A program made the translations under genes and the position numbers. From sequence record OQ420740.1: a DNA stretch of 64,000 nucleotides. One strand, written 5' to 3'. Source of the DNA: Escherichia phage B9-1. The notes beneath the pieces were generated by a model, which saw nothing but the letters and a program-made list of their open reading frames with translations, had not been told where the DNA came from and did not search any database. This document shows, piece by piece, positions 1-9,543 of this stretch (positions are counted from its first letter, which is position 1; each line of letters begins with the position of its first letter).

Positions 1-504
1 AATTAGGACAAAGCATCGCTCATCGAAACTACGACCACGAATGCTTTCAACTTCACAGATCTCGATACGACTGTTCTGACCATCTCCCAGCATTGCGGCA
101 AAAGCACCTTTGCCAACACGACGACAAATCGTGTCCATCATGCTTCTGAGATAGGGCCACAGTTTCTGCATTGCGTTTCCAGGTTTAAACCCTGAAGTCT
201 TTCCTGTCTGAACGTAAGGGCGTGCAACAATGATCTTATCAATCTCGTTCTTACGCAAAAGATCACCTGCATATGCGGATGCCATGAATGTCTTACCGGA
301 TCCAAACACACCGTTTACAATAATAATCTTACGCGATCCTAGATAATCAAGATACTTTTGCTGCTTTTTGTTCATTGGTCGGAGAGCTGGAGCTGTGTGC
401 TCTCGTTCGTCAGCAAATTTCTCAGCAGCCTTACGCAGGCGATCAGATTTGCGAGCCTCTCTGGCTTCATCACGCATGCGTTTTGTTTCTTTAGCTCGAC
501 CCAT
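1..504 (-). CDS. phoH: PhoH-like P-loop ATPase (3' end runs off the window start)
   Basis: Minus-strand ORF absent from the ORF track because it has no in-window stop; ATG at 504-502 with AGGAG upstream; Walker A 'GVFGSGKT' and PhoH-type C-terminal block 'IIVARPYVQTGKTSGFKPG...PYLRSMMD...IRGRSF'. Confidence 0.8.
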   Translation of the reverse strand, partial: MGRAKETKRMRDEAREARKSDRLRKAAEKFADEREHTAPALRPMNKKQQKYLDYLGSRKIIIVNGVFGSGKTFMASAYAGDLLRKNEIDKIIVARPYVQTGKTSGFKPGNAMQKLWPYLRSMMDTICRRVGKGAFAAMLGDGQNSRIEICEVESIRGRSFDERCFVLI

Positions 505-542
505 GTTGGGACTCCTTTCAGATTGAGATGTGTCAAGGACTT

Positions 543-893
543 TTACTGCAACAGTTTTTCAATAGCCGCTTCCATGCTGCTTGCAACAGCCTGAACTCGG
601 ATATTCATCTCTTCTTGGCGGATCAGCTCCTTAAGCTCTTTAACGGTGAATTCTTTAGAGAAACCTTCCACCATAATCTTGTGCAAGGCTTCTTGCGTGT
701 CTACTTGCAAGAACTTTTCCAGTTTGTTGGCAGAGGCCTCTAAATCGGCCCGAATACGTGGGTCATCTGTTCGGTTCAGCATTAGGCGTAAGCCATCAAG
801 ATTAGTAGAAATAGCGTCTGCATGTTGAGTAACCAACCGTGGCAAAATGAGATCTACAAACTTACTGGCTAAATCAATACGCTCTTGTGTCAC
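543..893 (-). CDS. hypothetical protein
   Basis: 116-aa ORF from the track, GTG start overlapping the stop of an upstream small ORF (GTGA); no recognisable motif. Confidence 0.4.
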   Translation of the reverse strand: MTQERIDLASKFVDLILPRLVTQHADAISTNLDGLRLMLNRTDDPRIRADLEASANKLEKFLQVDTQEALHKIMVEGFSKEFTVKELKELIRQEEMNIRVQAVASSMEAAIEKLLQ

Positions 894-1003
894 TGTTGCA
901 CCCCCTCTTCATCTTCATGATATTTCTTTTCACGCTTGTGTTTTTTCTTAAGCTCAAGCGCAATCTCTTTCTTGTACGCCTTCTTCAAGGCTTTTTTAGC
1001 CAT
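890..1003 (-). CDS. small lysine-rich protein (37 aa), hypothetical
   Basis: Below the track size cutoff; ATG at 1003-1001 preceded by GGAGGTG; hand translation MAKKALKKAYKKEIALELKKKHKREKKYHEDEEGVQQ; stop overlaps the downstream start. Confidence 0.3.
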   Translation of the reverse strand: MAKKALKKAYKKEIALELKKKHKREKKYHEDEEGVQQ

Positions 1004-1065
1004 TTGGCACCTCCTCTGCTTTCATTACGATAATTATAACCAACTTACCAAAGCTTTGTCAACGA

Positions 1066-1539
1066 TTAGTCAACCTGAACCCAGCCGCCTGCTACCTTTT
1101 TAAACATTCTTTGGTTATCGCTGCCTCGGAATGGTTTCTTTGTTGGTAAATCTTTTACATACTTGCCATCAATGATGATATCAGCCAGCTCAAGAACATC
1201 ACTAGAGATATGCTCAAATGTGAACCCAGTATACACAAGAATAGTTTTCTTGTCACCAAACTTTTCCTTAATTCTCCTCATAAGTTTAATAATACCGGGC
1301 TCATTATACGTAGCCAAAGGCTCTCCACCAAGCAAAGAAATACCGCATATAGATTCATTGTCCAAATCTGACAAAATTCTCTGCAAATCTTCTTCGGTGA
1401 ATTCTCTTCCCTTATCTTTGGACCAAAATGCTTGATTAAAGCAACCAGGACAAGCGTGTGGGCACCCAGATACCCACAAGGCCGTCCTGAGACCTGGCCC
1501 TTCGGTGTAGGATATTTCTGTGTATCCGACAATATTCAT
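1066..1539 (-). CDS. nrdG: anaerobic ribonucleotide reductase activating protein (radical SAM)
   Basis: 157 aa; N-terminal cysteine cluster 'CPHACPGC' and size typical of NrdG; sits immediately downstream of nrdD. Confidence 0.85.
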   Translation of the reverse strand: MNIVGYTEISYTEGPGLRTALWVSGCPHACPGCFNQAFWSKDKGREFTEEDLQRILSDLDNESICGISLLGGEPLATYNEPGIIKLMRRIKEKFGDKKTILVYTGFTFEHISSDVLELADIIIDGKYVKDLPTKKPFRGSDNQRMFKKVAGGWVQVD

Positions 1540-1652
1540 AAGTACTCCGCATCACATTTAGGACAATGCCAAATAAAATCATCCAGTGCCTTGCACCAAC
1601 GAAGATTGCAATGACAACCACACTTGCAAATTTTATAAATACCTGACGACAT
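1536..1652 (-). CDS. small cysteine-rich (zinc-ribbon-like) protein, 38 aa
   Basis: Below the track size cutoff; ATG at 1652-1650 preceded by AGGAGG; hand translation MSSGIYKICKCGCHCNLRWCKALDDFIWHCPKCDAEYL; its TGA overlaps the nrdG ATG (ATGA). Confidence 0.4.
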   Translation of the reverse strand: MSSGIYKICKCGCHCNLRWCKALDDFIWHCPKCDAEYL

Positions 1653-1715
1653 ACTGCACCTCCTAGTTTACTGTGTAACAACAATATGCCACATCCTTGT
1701 GGCTTTTGTCAAGTA

Positions 1716-3839
1716 TCAGCAACCACAGCTTCCGTAGTGCTTAACCCGTTCTATAACTTCCGCTTGCTTACCTTTGTTGTAAGGTCGGGAGTTTGGACTG
1801 GACAGATACCCAGATACACGTCTAATCACACTGATCGTTCCCTCTTCATGGTTTCCGCACTCTGGGCATACAAAGCCTTTAGCTGTTGCACTGAACTCAC
1901 CAGAGAATCCGCACTTAAGACATTTATCCACAGGTTGGTTAATACCAAAATACATAATGTGTTTATACCCGAAATCGACAAGGGATTCCAAAGCATCCAG
2001 GTTGTTTTTCAGGTTAGGTGTTTCTATGTATCCAATGTTACCGCCAGAAGAGATCATAGCAAAACCTTCCTCATACTTCCACTTGTCAAAAGGTGAGCTA
2101 TTGATCCACACGGGCTGGTGGAAACTGTTGGTAAGGTATTCGTGCTCGTGCTTCAACACTTCAGGATATTCACGATCTAGACATGTTGCAGCCTTATAGC
2201 ACAAGCTCTCTGAAGGAGTGCCGTACAAGCTGAATGCCAGACCACTTTCTTTTTTGTACCGATCACAAGCGTCTTTCATGTGCTGAAGGATCCCAAGAGC
2301 TAAGGACTTGTCTCCCTCTCTGCCTAAAATCTGGCAGGTTTCATACACACCAATATATCCAATACTTATGGAAGCATACCCGTCATAGAAGAGTTTATCA
2401 ATACTCTCTTCAGGATCCAGGCGAGCAAGAGCTCCTTCACACCACATGATGGGGTTCTGCCCTGCCTTTGTTCCTTTTAGACGGTTAACCCTTACAAGGT
2501 GAGCCTCGTATGCCAGATCCAAGTACTCGTCAAGAACTGCAAAGAAATCAACACCTTCCGTTTTAGCTTTTGCCGCAATCATTGGTAGGTTAAGGCTAAC
2601 AACACCTAAGTTAAATCTGCCAAGGTATTTCTCCTCTCCTGTTTCCAAGTCATTGTATTTGCTAAGAAAACTCCGGCAACCCATGCTTGTGACATTACCT
2701 TCTGTTGAACCTGTCACTTTTCTATTTAGTGGTACAGATACGAAGTCAGGATAAATCCGCTCTGCAGAGCATTCCAGAGCTAATCGTTTCAAATCATAGT
2801 TAGGATCCCCGGGGTTCATGTTGATACCTTCCTCCAGGAAGAACAGCACCTTAGGGAACACAGGTGTGATACGTTCTTCACCAAGACCCATTTTGTGGAC
2901 TTTCAGGTAGTTTTTGGTAATCATTCTACCAAAGATTGAGGTATCCAGTCCTAAACTTAATGTGATGAATGGGGTTTGCCCGTTGACAGAAGTTAACGTA
3001 TTGATTTGGTATAGCAAAGTTTGCATACTATCAAACACGTCTTTATCCGTCATTTGCATTGCAACAGTCTCAGCATCCGGCAACCAATGTTCCTGACAAA
3101 ATTTAAGATTCTTCTCATAGGTTGCTTCAGCATACTGCGCCAGATAATGATCAATATGGCTCATGGTCTGACCACCATATTGAGCACTAGCTACTGCACT
3201 AGAGATTTGGCTGAGGATTGTTGTTGCAACCCCTATTGACTTCGGCTTACTGACATGGGCGTTGCCAATGTTGAATCCGTTTTCCAGCATATCTGGATAA
3301 TTCACCAAACAGCAGTTTGTTAACGGACTGATCAGATAGTCAAGATCATGCACATGGATGAATCCCTTATGGTGCTCTTCGGAGACACGATCTGGCAGTA
3401 TCTGTGTTGATGCAAGGTGTTTGCTAAGGATACCTGCAAGCAGGTCACGATGAGTATGTACATGATTAGTGGGCTTATTTGCGTTTTCTTTTGTAAATTC
3501 ATCACAAGTTCGATCCAAGAAGCCACTAATATCTGCAAGCAGTTTTCCACCTGCCTCTCTGTTATTATCTCTTGTCTGTCTATACTGGATATATTCTCTG
3601 GCTGCACATTTTAAACCCATATCCATAAGAGCATCTTCAACAAGGATATGGATATTTTTTACAGAGATCGTGCACTGGTCGGTTGGTAGATTGTTGGCAA
3701 CAACTTCATTAACCGCACAAGCGATCCGGTAAGCTTCTTCTTCAGTATGCCCAGACTCAAGTAAGGCGGACTCTGCCGCCTTGATTACCTTAACTCCGTT
3801 ATAGACCTCTTCTCTACCGTCCCGTTTTACAACTTTCAC
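1716..3839 (-). CDS. nrdD: anaerobic ribonucleoside-triphosphate reductase (class III)
   Basis: 707 aa; N-terminal ATP-cone-like region, C-terminal zinc ribbon 'CLKCG...CPECG' and glycyl-radical-type motif 'RRVSGYL'. Confidence 0.9.
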   Translation of the reverse strand: MKVVKRDGREEVYNGVKVIKAAESALLESGHTEEEAYRIACAVNEVVANNLPTDQCTISVKNIHILVEDALMDMGLKCAAREYIQYRQTRDNNREAGGKLLADISGFLDRTCDEFTKENANKPTNHVHTHRDLLAGILSKHLASTQILPDRVSEEHHKGFIHVHDLDYLISPLTNCCLVNYPDMLENGFNIGNAHVSKPKSIGVATTILSQISSAVASAQYGGQTMSHIDHYLAQYAEATYEKNLKFCQEHWLPDAETVAMQMTDKDVFDSMQTLLYQINTLTSVNGQTPFITLSLGLDTSIFGRMITKNYLKVHKMGLGEERITPVFPKVLFFLEEGINMNPGDPNYDLKRLALECSAERIYPDFVSVPLNRKVTGSTEGNVTSMGCRSFLSKYNDLETGEEKYLGRFNLGVVSLNLPMIAAKAKTEGVDFFAVLDEYLDLAYEAHLVRVNRLKGTKAGQNPIMWCEGALARLDPEESIDKLFYDGYASISIGYIGVYETCQILGREGDKSLALGILQHMKDACDRYKKESGLAFSLYGTPSESLCYKAATCLDREYPEVLKHEHEYLTNSFHQPVWINSSPFDKWKYEEGFAMISSGGNIGYIETPNLKNNLDALESLVDFGYKHIMYFGINQPVDKCLKCGFSGEFSATAKGFVCPECGNHEEGTISVIRRVSGYLSSPNSRPYNKGKQAEVIERVKHYGSCGC

Positions 3840-4114
3840 TTTTTCTCTCCAAAACCATTCTTAACAAAAGAGATGAAATCGTCAGCACCACCTATGTGGA
3901 CACTATCAAGGTTGCTTTCCAAGAAGATCTGAGGCAACGTTCTGGGAACAAATGGACTACACTTCTCAATAAGCTCTTCTTTTGTGTATCCTTCACCGAG
4001 CGTCTTGTATACGAAAGGTATACCTTTGCTTGCTGCAAATTCTTTTGCTCTTACACAATGTGGGCAGTTATCCTTACCGTAGATGATAATGAAAAAAGAT
4101 TTTTCACAACTCAT
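3836..4114 (-). CDS. glutaredoxin/thioredoxin-like redoxin
   Basis: 92 aa with active-site 'CPHC' near the N-terminus; stop overlaps nrdD start; lies between nrdB and nrdD. Confidence 0.8.
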   Translation of the reverse strand: MSCEKSFFIIIYGKDNCPHCVRAKEFAASKGIPFVYKTLGEGYTKEELIEKCSPFVPRTLPQIFLESNLDSVHIGGADDFISFVKNGFGEKK

Positions 4115-4117
4115 ATA

Positions 4118-5206
4118 TTAAAACTCCCAAATTTCTTCTTCAGCGTCATTAACAGTTGTGTTGACGCGGTAGTCGGTGTTAGACATTTCCTGGTTAGCCG
4201 TCTGTTGCAGTGAAGGTTTCATCCACACCTGCATAAACGGTAACGGGTCCTTTGTTGGCGGCACAAAGTCTTTGTCGATGTTGTAGTAATCATAAATCGG
4301 TGAGCAGTTATAGTCAACCCATTCTTTAAGTAATGGTGAGTTAAGACCTATAATTGCTCTTCCTTCGCTGAAAATATAGTCACTCCAACCGTACTCCTTG
4401 ATTCGCACTTCGTCAAGAATTTCTTTTAACTCACCCTTAATCTCAAGAAAGCTTTGCTCCCATGCAGGATCATCAAGCAGGATATCGATGATAGCAAAAT
4501 CGCCTTTCGAATGCAGCATTTCATCAAGCATAATTTTTTGAACGAGTTGTGCAACTTGAACAAAAATACCTTGCTCAGCTACTGCGAACGTACATGCAAA
4601 ACTTGCAATAAACTCAATACTTTCTAGAGCTAAAAGTGCAAAAAGTGCTCTAAGGATACATTTCCGTACAACATCTTCTTCAACACTGGAAGGATCCAGT
4701 CGGTATTTTGCACCAATAACCTCAAGCTCTTGCATATATTTGACAATAACTCCAGATCTGCTCAGCACGTTCTGGTTTTCCTGAATCTCTTCTATAATCT
4801 CACGAGCATTAGGAAGGCATTGTCTAACAATCTCTGAGTAAGTTAGTGCATGGAGAACCTCAATCTCAGACTGCTTCATCAACAAGGTGAAAAGTTCACT
4901 ATTGGTGATAAATGGTGAAAACAGACAAATGATAGATCTTGCTGCAACACTGTCTGCCTCCCATTGCCACATAAGTGTCTGCACCATCACATCGTAAGTT
5001 GACTTTGAGCATGTTACGAAATCCGAAATAGACTGTGACAAATCTACTTCGTCCTCTGCCCAATCTTGCTCTTTTTGTTTTTTGTATAGTTCAAACAGCT
5101 GTGGGTACTTTTTGTTAATAGAGTCGTACATCCCCATCTGCTGTCCTAAAAACAGCGGATAATCACCAGTTTTATGAGCAGTGTTCTCAGTATTAAATAC
5201 AGCCAT
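4118..5206 (-). CDS. nrdB: ribonucleotide reductase small (beta) subunit, class Ia
   Basis: 362 aa; NrdB-like blocks 'ASFACTFAV', 'LDEMLHSKG', and T4-NrdB-like N-terminus 'MAVFNTEN'. Confidence 0.9.
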   Translation of the reverse strand: MAVFNTENTAHKTGDYPLFLGQQMGMYDSINKKYPQLFELYKKQKEQDWAEDEVDLSQSISDFVTCSKSTYDVMVQTLMWQWEADSVAARSIICLFSPFITNSELFTLLMKQSEIEVLHALTYSEIVRQCLPNAREIIEEIQENQNVLSRSGVIVKYMQELEVIGAKYRLDPSSVEEDVVRKCILRALFALLALESIEFIASFACTFAVAEQGIFVQVAQLVQKIMLDEMLHSKGDFAIIDILLDDPAWEQSFLEIKGELKEILDEVRIKEYGWSDYIFSEGRAIIGLNSPLLKEWVDYNCSPIYDYYNIDKDFVPPTKDPLPFMQVWMKPSLQQTANQEMSNTDYRVNTTVNDAEEEIWEF

Positions 5207-5223
5207 TATTCTACCTCTAAAAT

Positions 5224-5242
5224 GGGGCCGAAGCCCCTTTTT
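5224..5242 (-). other. GC hairpin between nrdA and nrdB (possible attenuator or processing site)
   Basis: ggggc-cgaa-gcccc stem; on the minus-strand transcript it is followed by only 'auuuu'. Confidence 0.35.
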
Positions 5243-5245
5243 AAA

Positions 5246-7561
5246 TTACAGTGCACAACTTTCGCAATACGGACCTTCAACTGAACTATCTGCAATCAAA
5301 GGATAGTTCTTTCTGGTTTCATCTTCAGCCTGTTTCTTCGCGTGAAGCTCCTCTGTCAAAGAGTCACCAGCACCAACCCGAGAGTTTAAGTAATACCATG
5401 TCTTCATCCCGAATTTAGTAGCACGGATAAGATACCCCAGCTGCTCCTTCATTGAAATTTTACCATCTTTCAACTTGGTGTAATCAATATATAGGTCAGC
5501 ACTGATTGCCTGTCCTGTGAATTTTTGAATCACAGCATACATATCAATCATGTCGTTAGTATCAACGTCCCAAGCCGAGGTATAATACTCTTTCAGTTCA
5601 TCATATTCAGGAACGATAAACAGCACCTGCCCTTGTGGCGACTTTTTAAAGATAATGTGCTCACGGACAGGATAAACCCCGTTAGTGGTGTTTGTTGCCA
5701 GCGAAGAGCTTTCATTAGGCATATATGCTTCAAGAACGCTATTACGTAGCCCACCATTTTCAATGATTTCTTTACGTAACCCTTCCCAATCCTGCTTAAG
5801 AGAAGGATCTTTCACCACACTATCGACCTCTTTGTTATAGGTGTCGATTGGTAACCAACCCTCCGGGTATTTTGTTTTATGCATCCACTCACAGACACCA
5901 CGCTCTTTTGCCAATCGTAAACTTGCCTTATGCAAGCTGTAGCTGTGGAGCTCTGCAAGATCGTGAACAAGCTGTTTACTTTCAGGAGACCCGTAAGCAA
6001 CCTTGTGGCTGGCAATAAAATGTGCAACATTGGTAAGGCCAACCCCGATGGATCTGCGTTTTTTAACAGTGCTCTCCATATTTTCATACGGATATGTCAT
6101 GATTTCCATAACATTGTCAATCATAAGCACAGTGTAGTATGCAACATCCTCATACTCCTCTGGGGTAACCCTTCCAGCTACAAGAGATGACAGGAAGCAC
6201 AATGCAACTTCGCCATCATCAACATCGTACTTGAAGATATTACGCATATCTGAATAGCCTTTTGTCGGGAGGGCTATTTCTGCACACAGGTTACTTGAAT
6301 AGATCACATCTTTAAAAGGTGTATGTCTATTCATCTCATCTGTCCAGTATACGTACAGCCTGCCAACCTCGGTACGCTGCGTGATCAGTTCAACAGCAAG
6401 GTCTCTAGCACGGATCCATGTTTTAGGAATGCTGTCATCTTTAGCAATACGATCAACCTCTGCATCAAACTCCTCCATAGACATGGTGAAGATACCCTCA
6501 TGCAGTTGAGGCGCGTGCTTATAAGAAACAAGCATCCAATCTAAATTCTTAGCCACACGGTTGATAAACGACCTATTAATACCTATAGAGTAGTCCATGG
6601 TGTTGATTCTTTTTGAAGCAACAGTCATAGGGTTTCTCAAACGGATTAGCTCATCAACCTGCGGGTCCAGTGCAAGGAATGATACTGTTGCAGAACCGCC
6701 ACGTGATTGTTGTCTGTTCTCCTTAACCCCAGCATCAATACCTCGATAATATGGAATCTTGCCCATATGTTTAATAGTGTTACCACGAACACCATCGCCT
6801 GCAGATCTTGATGATAAATAGTAGCCAATACCTGCTTGGTTAACCGTCATTGTGTATGCAACTTCACGTGCCACACCAATAGATTTTGCTGTATCGTCAG
6901 CTTTTATTACACAACAAGATGCATACCCTGTCTTGCCTGTGCGTAGACCGTTTAAGTACGGTGTCGGGGCATTGATCTTTAAGTCTGACAGATAAGTGTA
7001 TAATTTTACAACATCGTCAATACGGCGTTCTTTCGGCATATTTTTCATGACAGCCATCGCTATCCCCATAAACATCATCTGTGGAGATTCGAACAGGGTG
7101 TCTTTAAGAGTATCCTTGATCCCGTATTTGTCTCGAAACTGTTTAAGGACTGCATAGCCATAACCAAGGTCTTTACTGTGATCAATAACAGTGTCTAAAG
7201 TGTTTAACTCGGTAAAGCTATAGCCCATATCCTCCCAATACCCTTTATCAACCATGGTATTGTAAAATGATGGTAAGGAAGGGATCTTTGTGAATCCTCC
7301 AAAAGCCTCTTTATAAATCTGACCGATAAGAACACGACCAGCCATACGAGAATGTGCTTCGTCCTTACGGCTAACACAGGAGTCTATAATAGCTTGGTTA
7401 ACTTCTTTGGTTGTGCATCCATCATACAGCCGTTTGTATGCATCAAGTGCAATATGTGACCAATTGCCGTTACCGTCGTCACCGAAAATAGCTGCCTTAT
7501 TTAAACGTTCCGGATCGAATGCCACTTCACATCCGTTGCTTTTAATTACCTTGGTGATCAA
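5246..7561 (-). CDS. nrdA: ribonucleotide reductase large (alpha) subunit, class Ia
   Basis: 771 aa; N-terminal ATP-cone-like region 'VIKSNGCEVAFDPERL', C-terminal cysteine pair 'CESCAL'; adjacent to nrdB. Confidence 0.9.
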   Translation of the reverse strand: MITKVIKSNGCEVAFDPERLNKAAIFGDDGNGNWSHIALDAYKRLYDGCTTKEVNQAIIDSCVSRKDEAHSRMAGRVLIGQIYKEAFGGFTKIPSLPSFYNTMVDKGYWEDMGYSFTELNTLDTVIDHSKDLGYGYAVLKQFRDKYGIKDTLKDTLFESPQMMFMGIAMAVMKNMPKERRIDDVVKLYTYLSDLKINAPTPYLNGLRTGKTGYASCCVIKADDTAKSIGVAREVAYTMTVNQAGIGYYLSSRSAGDGVRGNTIKHMGKIPYYRGIDAGVKENRQQSRGGSATVSFLALDPQVDELIRLRNPMTVASKRINTMDYSIGINRSFINRVAKNLDWMLVSYKHAPQLHEGIFTMSMEEFDAEVDRIAKDDSIPKTWIRARDLAVELITQRTEVGRLYVYWTDEMNRHTPFKDVIYSSNLCAEIALPTKGYSDMRNIFKYDVDDGEVALCFLSSLVAGRVTPEEYEDVAYYTVLMIDNVMEIMTYPYENMESTVKKRRSIGVGLTNVAHFIASHKVAYGSPESKQLVHDLAELHSYSLHKASLRLAKERGVCEWMHKTKYPEGWLPIDTYNKEVDSVVKDPSLKQDWEGLRKEIIENGGLRNSVLEAYMPNESSSLATNTTNGVYPVREHIIFKKSPQGQVLFIVPEYDELKEYYTSAWDVDTNDMIDMYAVIQKFTGQAISADLYIDYTKLKDGKISMKEQLGYLIRATKFGMKTWYYLNSRVGAGDSLTEELHAKKQAEDETRKNYPLIADSSVEGPYCESCAL

Positions 7562-7788
7562 TTTGCTTCCTCCACTTCATCAACGTATTTATCAAGGCAG
7601 GTATCAGTATCTTGTTGGGTAAAGGTATCCTCTTCTACAGAGATATTTATAATTTTACCTGTATACTCGTCATAATAAACATCATCATACATTTTAATAT
7701 CGTTTGTCAGGCCATTGAACCAAAGCCAACCAACATATTCTGCCCGACTTGCAAAACCAAGATCCTTCCACTTGGAGTTATGACTCAT
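7558..7788 (-). CDS. hypothetical protein
   Basis: Track ORF 7558..7866; the internal ATG at 7788 has a better RBS (AAGGTGG), so that start is preferred. Confidence 0.3.
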   Translation of the reverse strand: MSHNSKWKDLGFASRAEYVGWLWFNGLTNDIKMYDDVYYDEYTGKIINISVEEDTFTQQDTDTCLDKYVDEVEEAN

Positions 7789-7798
7789 CTTCACCACC

Positions 7799-8299
7799 TT
7801 AGCTTTCAATACCGAATAATTTTTCCAGGCGATGCAGATCTTCAAAATTGAAAGGTTCATCAACAATATGAATATCTTCAGCCTTTTCAGATTGTTTTGT
7901 ATACTTTCTTACATTAACACGATCTTCTACAGGGATATCATATGGAAGATCTTGAACAAGCATTGTCTCACCGGGTGCTTTATCTACATCTAGAATATCT
8001 ACACCATTATACATTTGTGGGTATCTAAAGTCTGCACGCATGACACCAGCAAATACATCGGCCTTTCGATAATGAGTTGGTTTATTTTTGCATCTAACGT
8101 TTTTTCCACGAAGAACATCAATATTTTTTAAATCAAACCCTACGGCAAAGAGTGCAGCTCGAAGACCGTTTCGTGTGCGAACGTTAAACCCAGGAACGGT
8201 AGATAGGAAATCTAAAGTAACTGAAATAAATGTCTTTTTAGGAATCATAACATCACTCATATCTGTCTCCCTTTCTGGCTCACCAACAAAGTGAGCCAC
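7799..8299 (-). CDS. dUTPase/dCTP-deaminase-superfamily-like protein
   Basis: 166 aa; motif-like blocks 'VRTRNGL', 'GVMRADFRY', 'GETMLVQDL' in the order of dUTPase motifs 2-4; alternative ATG start at 8260. Confidence 0.45.
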   Translation of the reverse strand: MAHFVGEPERETDMSDVMIPKKTFISVTLDFLSTVPGFNVRTRNGLRAALFAVGFDLKNIDVLRGKNVRCKNKPTHYRKADVFAGVMRADFRYPQMYNGVDILDVDKAPGETMLVQDLPYDIPVEDRVNVRKYTKQSEKAEDIHIVDEPFNFEDLHRLEKLFGIES

Positions 8300-8358
8300 T
8301 ATTATAGATTATCTAATGCTATTAGTCAACACAAAAGTTACCTATCGCTGTGATAGGC

Positions 8359-9342
8359 TTACCCTTTCATGAAGTGGTTATTAAGCAACTGCCTGTGCTG
8401 AACCCACCCACAAAAGTTGGCAGACCAGAATTTACCATCACGGTCTTGATGGGTTACACCTTCCTGCCAAACACAACTATCTTGTGTAATTTCACATGAA
8501 GACAGGTAGTAGTTTAAACGTTCCATTGCATTATCGTGATCCATAGGTGTCGCCTGGTGCTCGTAAGGGCTTGCATGAATACGATCCCCACCAATCAATT
8601 TTTTAGCCACACTATCTGCTTTTTCAAACGTGCTGTCAATATTGCGATAAGATACTTGTGCACAGCAGCTCGCACTAATAGATAGAGCTTCTCCAGTATC
8701 GAGAATGCATAGCTTCCCTTCTGTGTCACGCACGGCATAGTTAAACTCACCGTCCAAATAAACGTGCTCTACATATGGGGTGTGCCATTGACCTGGTTTA
8801 AGGGTTTCAGGAGTGCTATTCATAAGAGCATCCCACATACAATTAGCCAGCATCTGAATCGTAGGATCAGCATCGTGCCAGCAACGCAGGTGGAAAAAAT
8901 TATTCCACTCGGTGCTTGTTACAACTGTTTTCATGCGCTGAAACGGCTCCACTAAGCGATTACATACTTGCTTATGGTAACCAGCAAGGGCGAACTTCTC
9001 TGCATGCCACGCGGCGTTTTTTGCAGCTTCTTTCCAAAACTCTTCAGGAGTTAACTCCATGTCGGTATACTCTACACGGATCTTTTGATCGTGTTCCCCA
9101 CCATCTTCCATCCCTCGCTTATTTACACCGAAGCGAACTGGCATTGCCGGATTCTCCACGATCTGCTGCAGCATCTTACCGACAGGAACTGCACGAGAAG
9201 ACATGGCGTTTCGGCTGAACACTCGATGTGTCATAAGCTCTGAATGAATAATTCGAGGATACTCTAGCTCAAAAGTGGTGATACGCTTACCTTTCTCGGA
9301 AATGCTGTCGGCAATAATCTTTGCAGTGCACAGTTTTAGCAT
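8359..9342 (-). CDS. thyX: flavin-dependent thymidylate synthase (ThyX)-like
   Basis: 327 aa; ThyX-like 'HRVFSRNAMSSR' (RHR-x7-S type), 'NFFHLRCWHDADPTIQ', 'HASPYEH'; motif order differs from canonical ThyX. Confidence 0.55.
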   Translation of the reverse strand: MLKLCTAKIIADSISEKGKRITTFELEYPRIIHSELMTHRVFSRNAMSSRAVPVGKMLQQIVENPAMPVRFGVNKRGMEDGGEHDQKIRVEYTDMELTPEEFWKEAAKNAAWHAEKFALAGYHKQVCNRLVEPFQRMKTVVTSTEWNNFFHLRCWHDADPTIQMLANCMWDALMNSTPETLKPGQWHTPYVEHVYLDGEFNYAVRDTEGKLCILDTGEALSISASCCAQVSYRNIDSTFEKADSVAKKLIGGDRIHASPYEHQATPMDHDNAMERLNYYLSSCEITQDSCVWQEGVTHQDRDGKFWSANFCGWVQHRQLLNNHFMKG

Positions 9343-9542
9343 TATTTAGCTCTCCTTGTTTTAATTTTGGAAATTTCGTCTGGGTTTATGTTGGCCTTAA
9401 ATGCAAGGTATCTGTTGAACATATCGGAGCACATATCTTGGGTGATCCTAGAAGCATACACCAGCTTACCACCCAGATCATACACCTCTAGCCAATCACC
9501 GTATCTGACTACAGGATCGCCACCCTTAGAACATCTGCCCAT
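9342..9542 (-). CDS. hypothetical protein
   Basis: 66-aa ORF in an operon-like tight array. Confidence 0.3.
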   Translation of the reverse strand: MGRCSKGGDPVVRYGDWLEVYDLGGKLVYASRITQDMCSDMFNRYLAFKANINPDEISKIKTRRAK

Positions 9543-9543
9543 T

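Noticed and set aside
1716-7561. Group I introns or homing endonucleases in the nrd genes, as in T4
   Set aside because: nrdD, nrdB and nrdA are each continuous full-length reading frames with no interruption and no extra ORF between exons.
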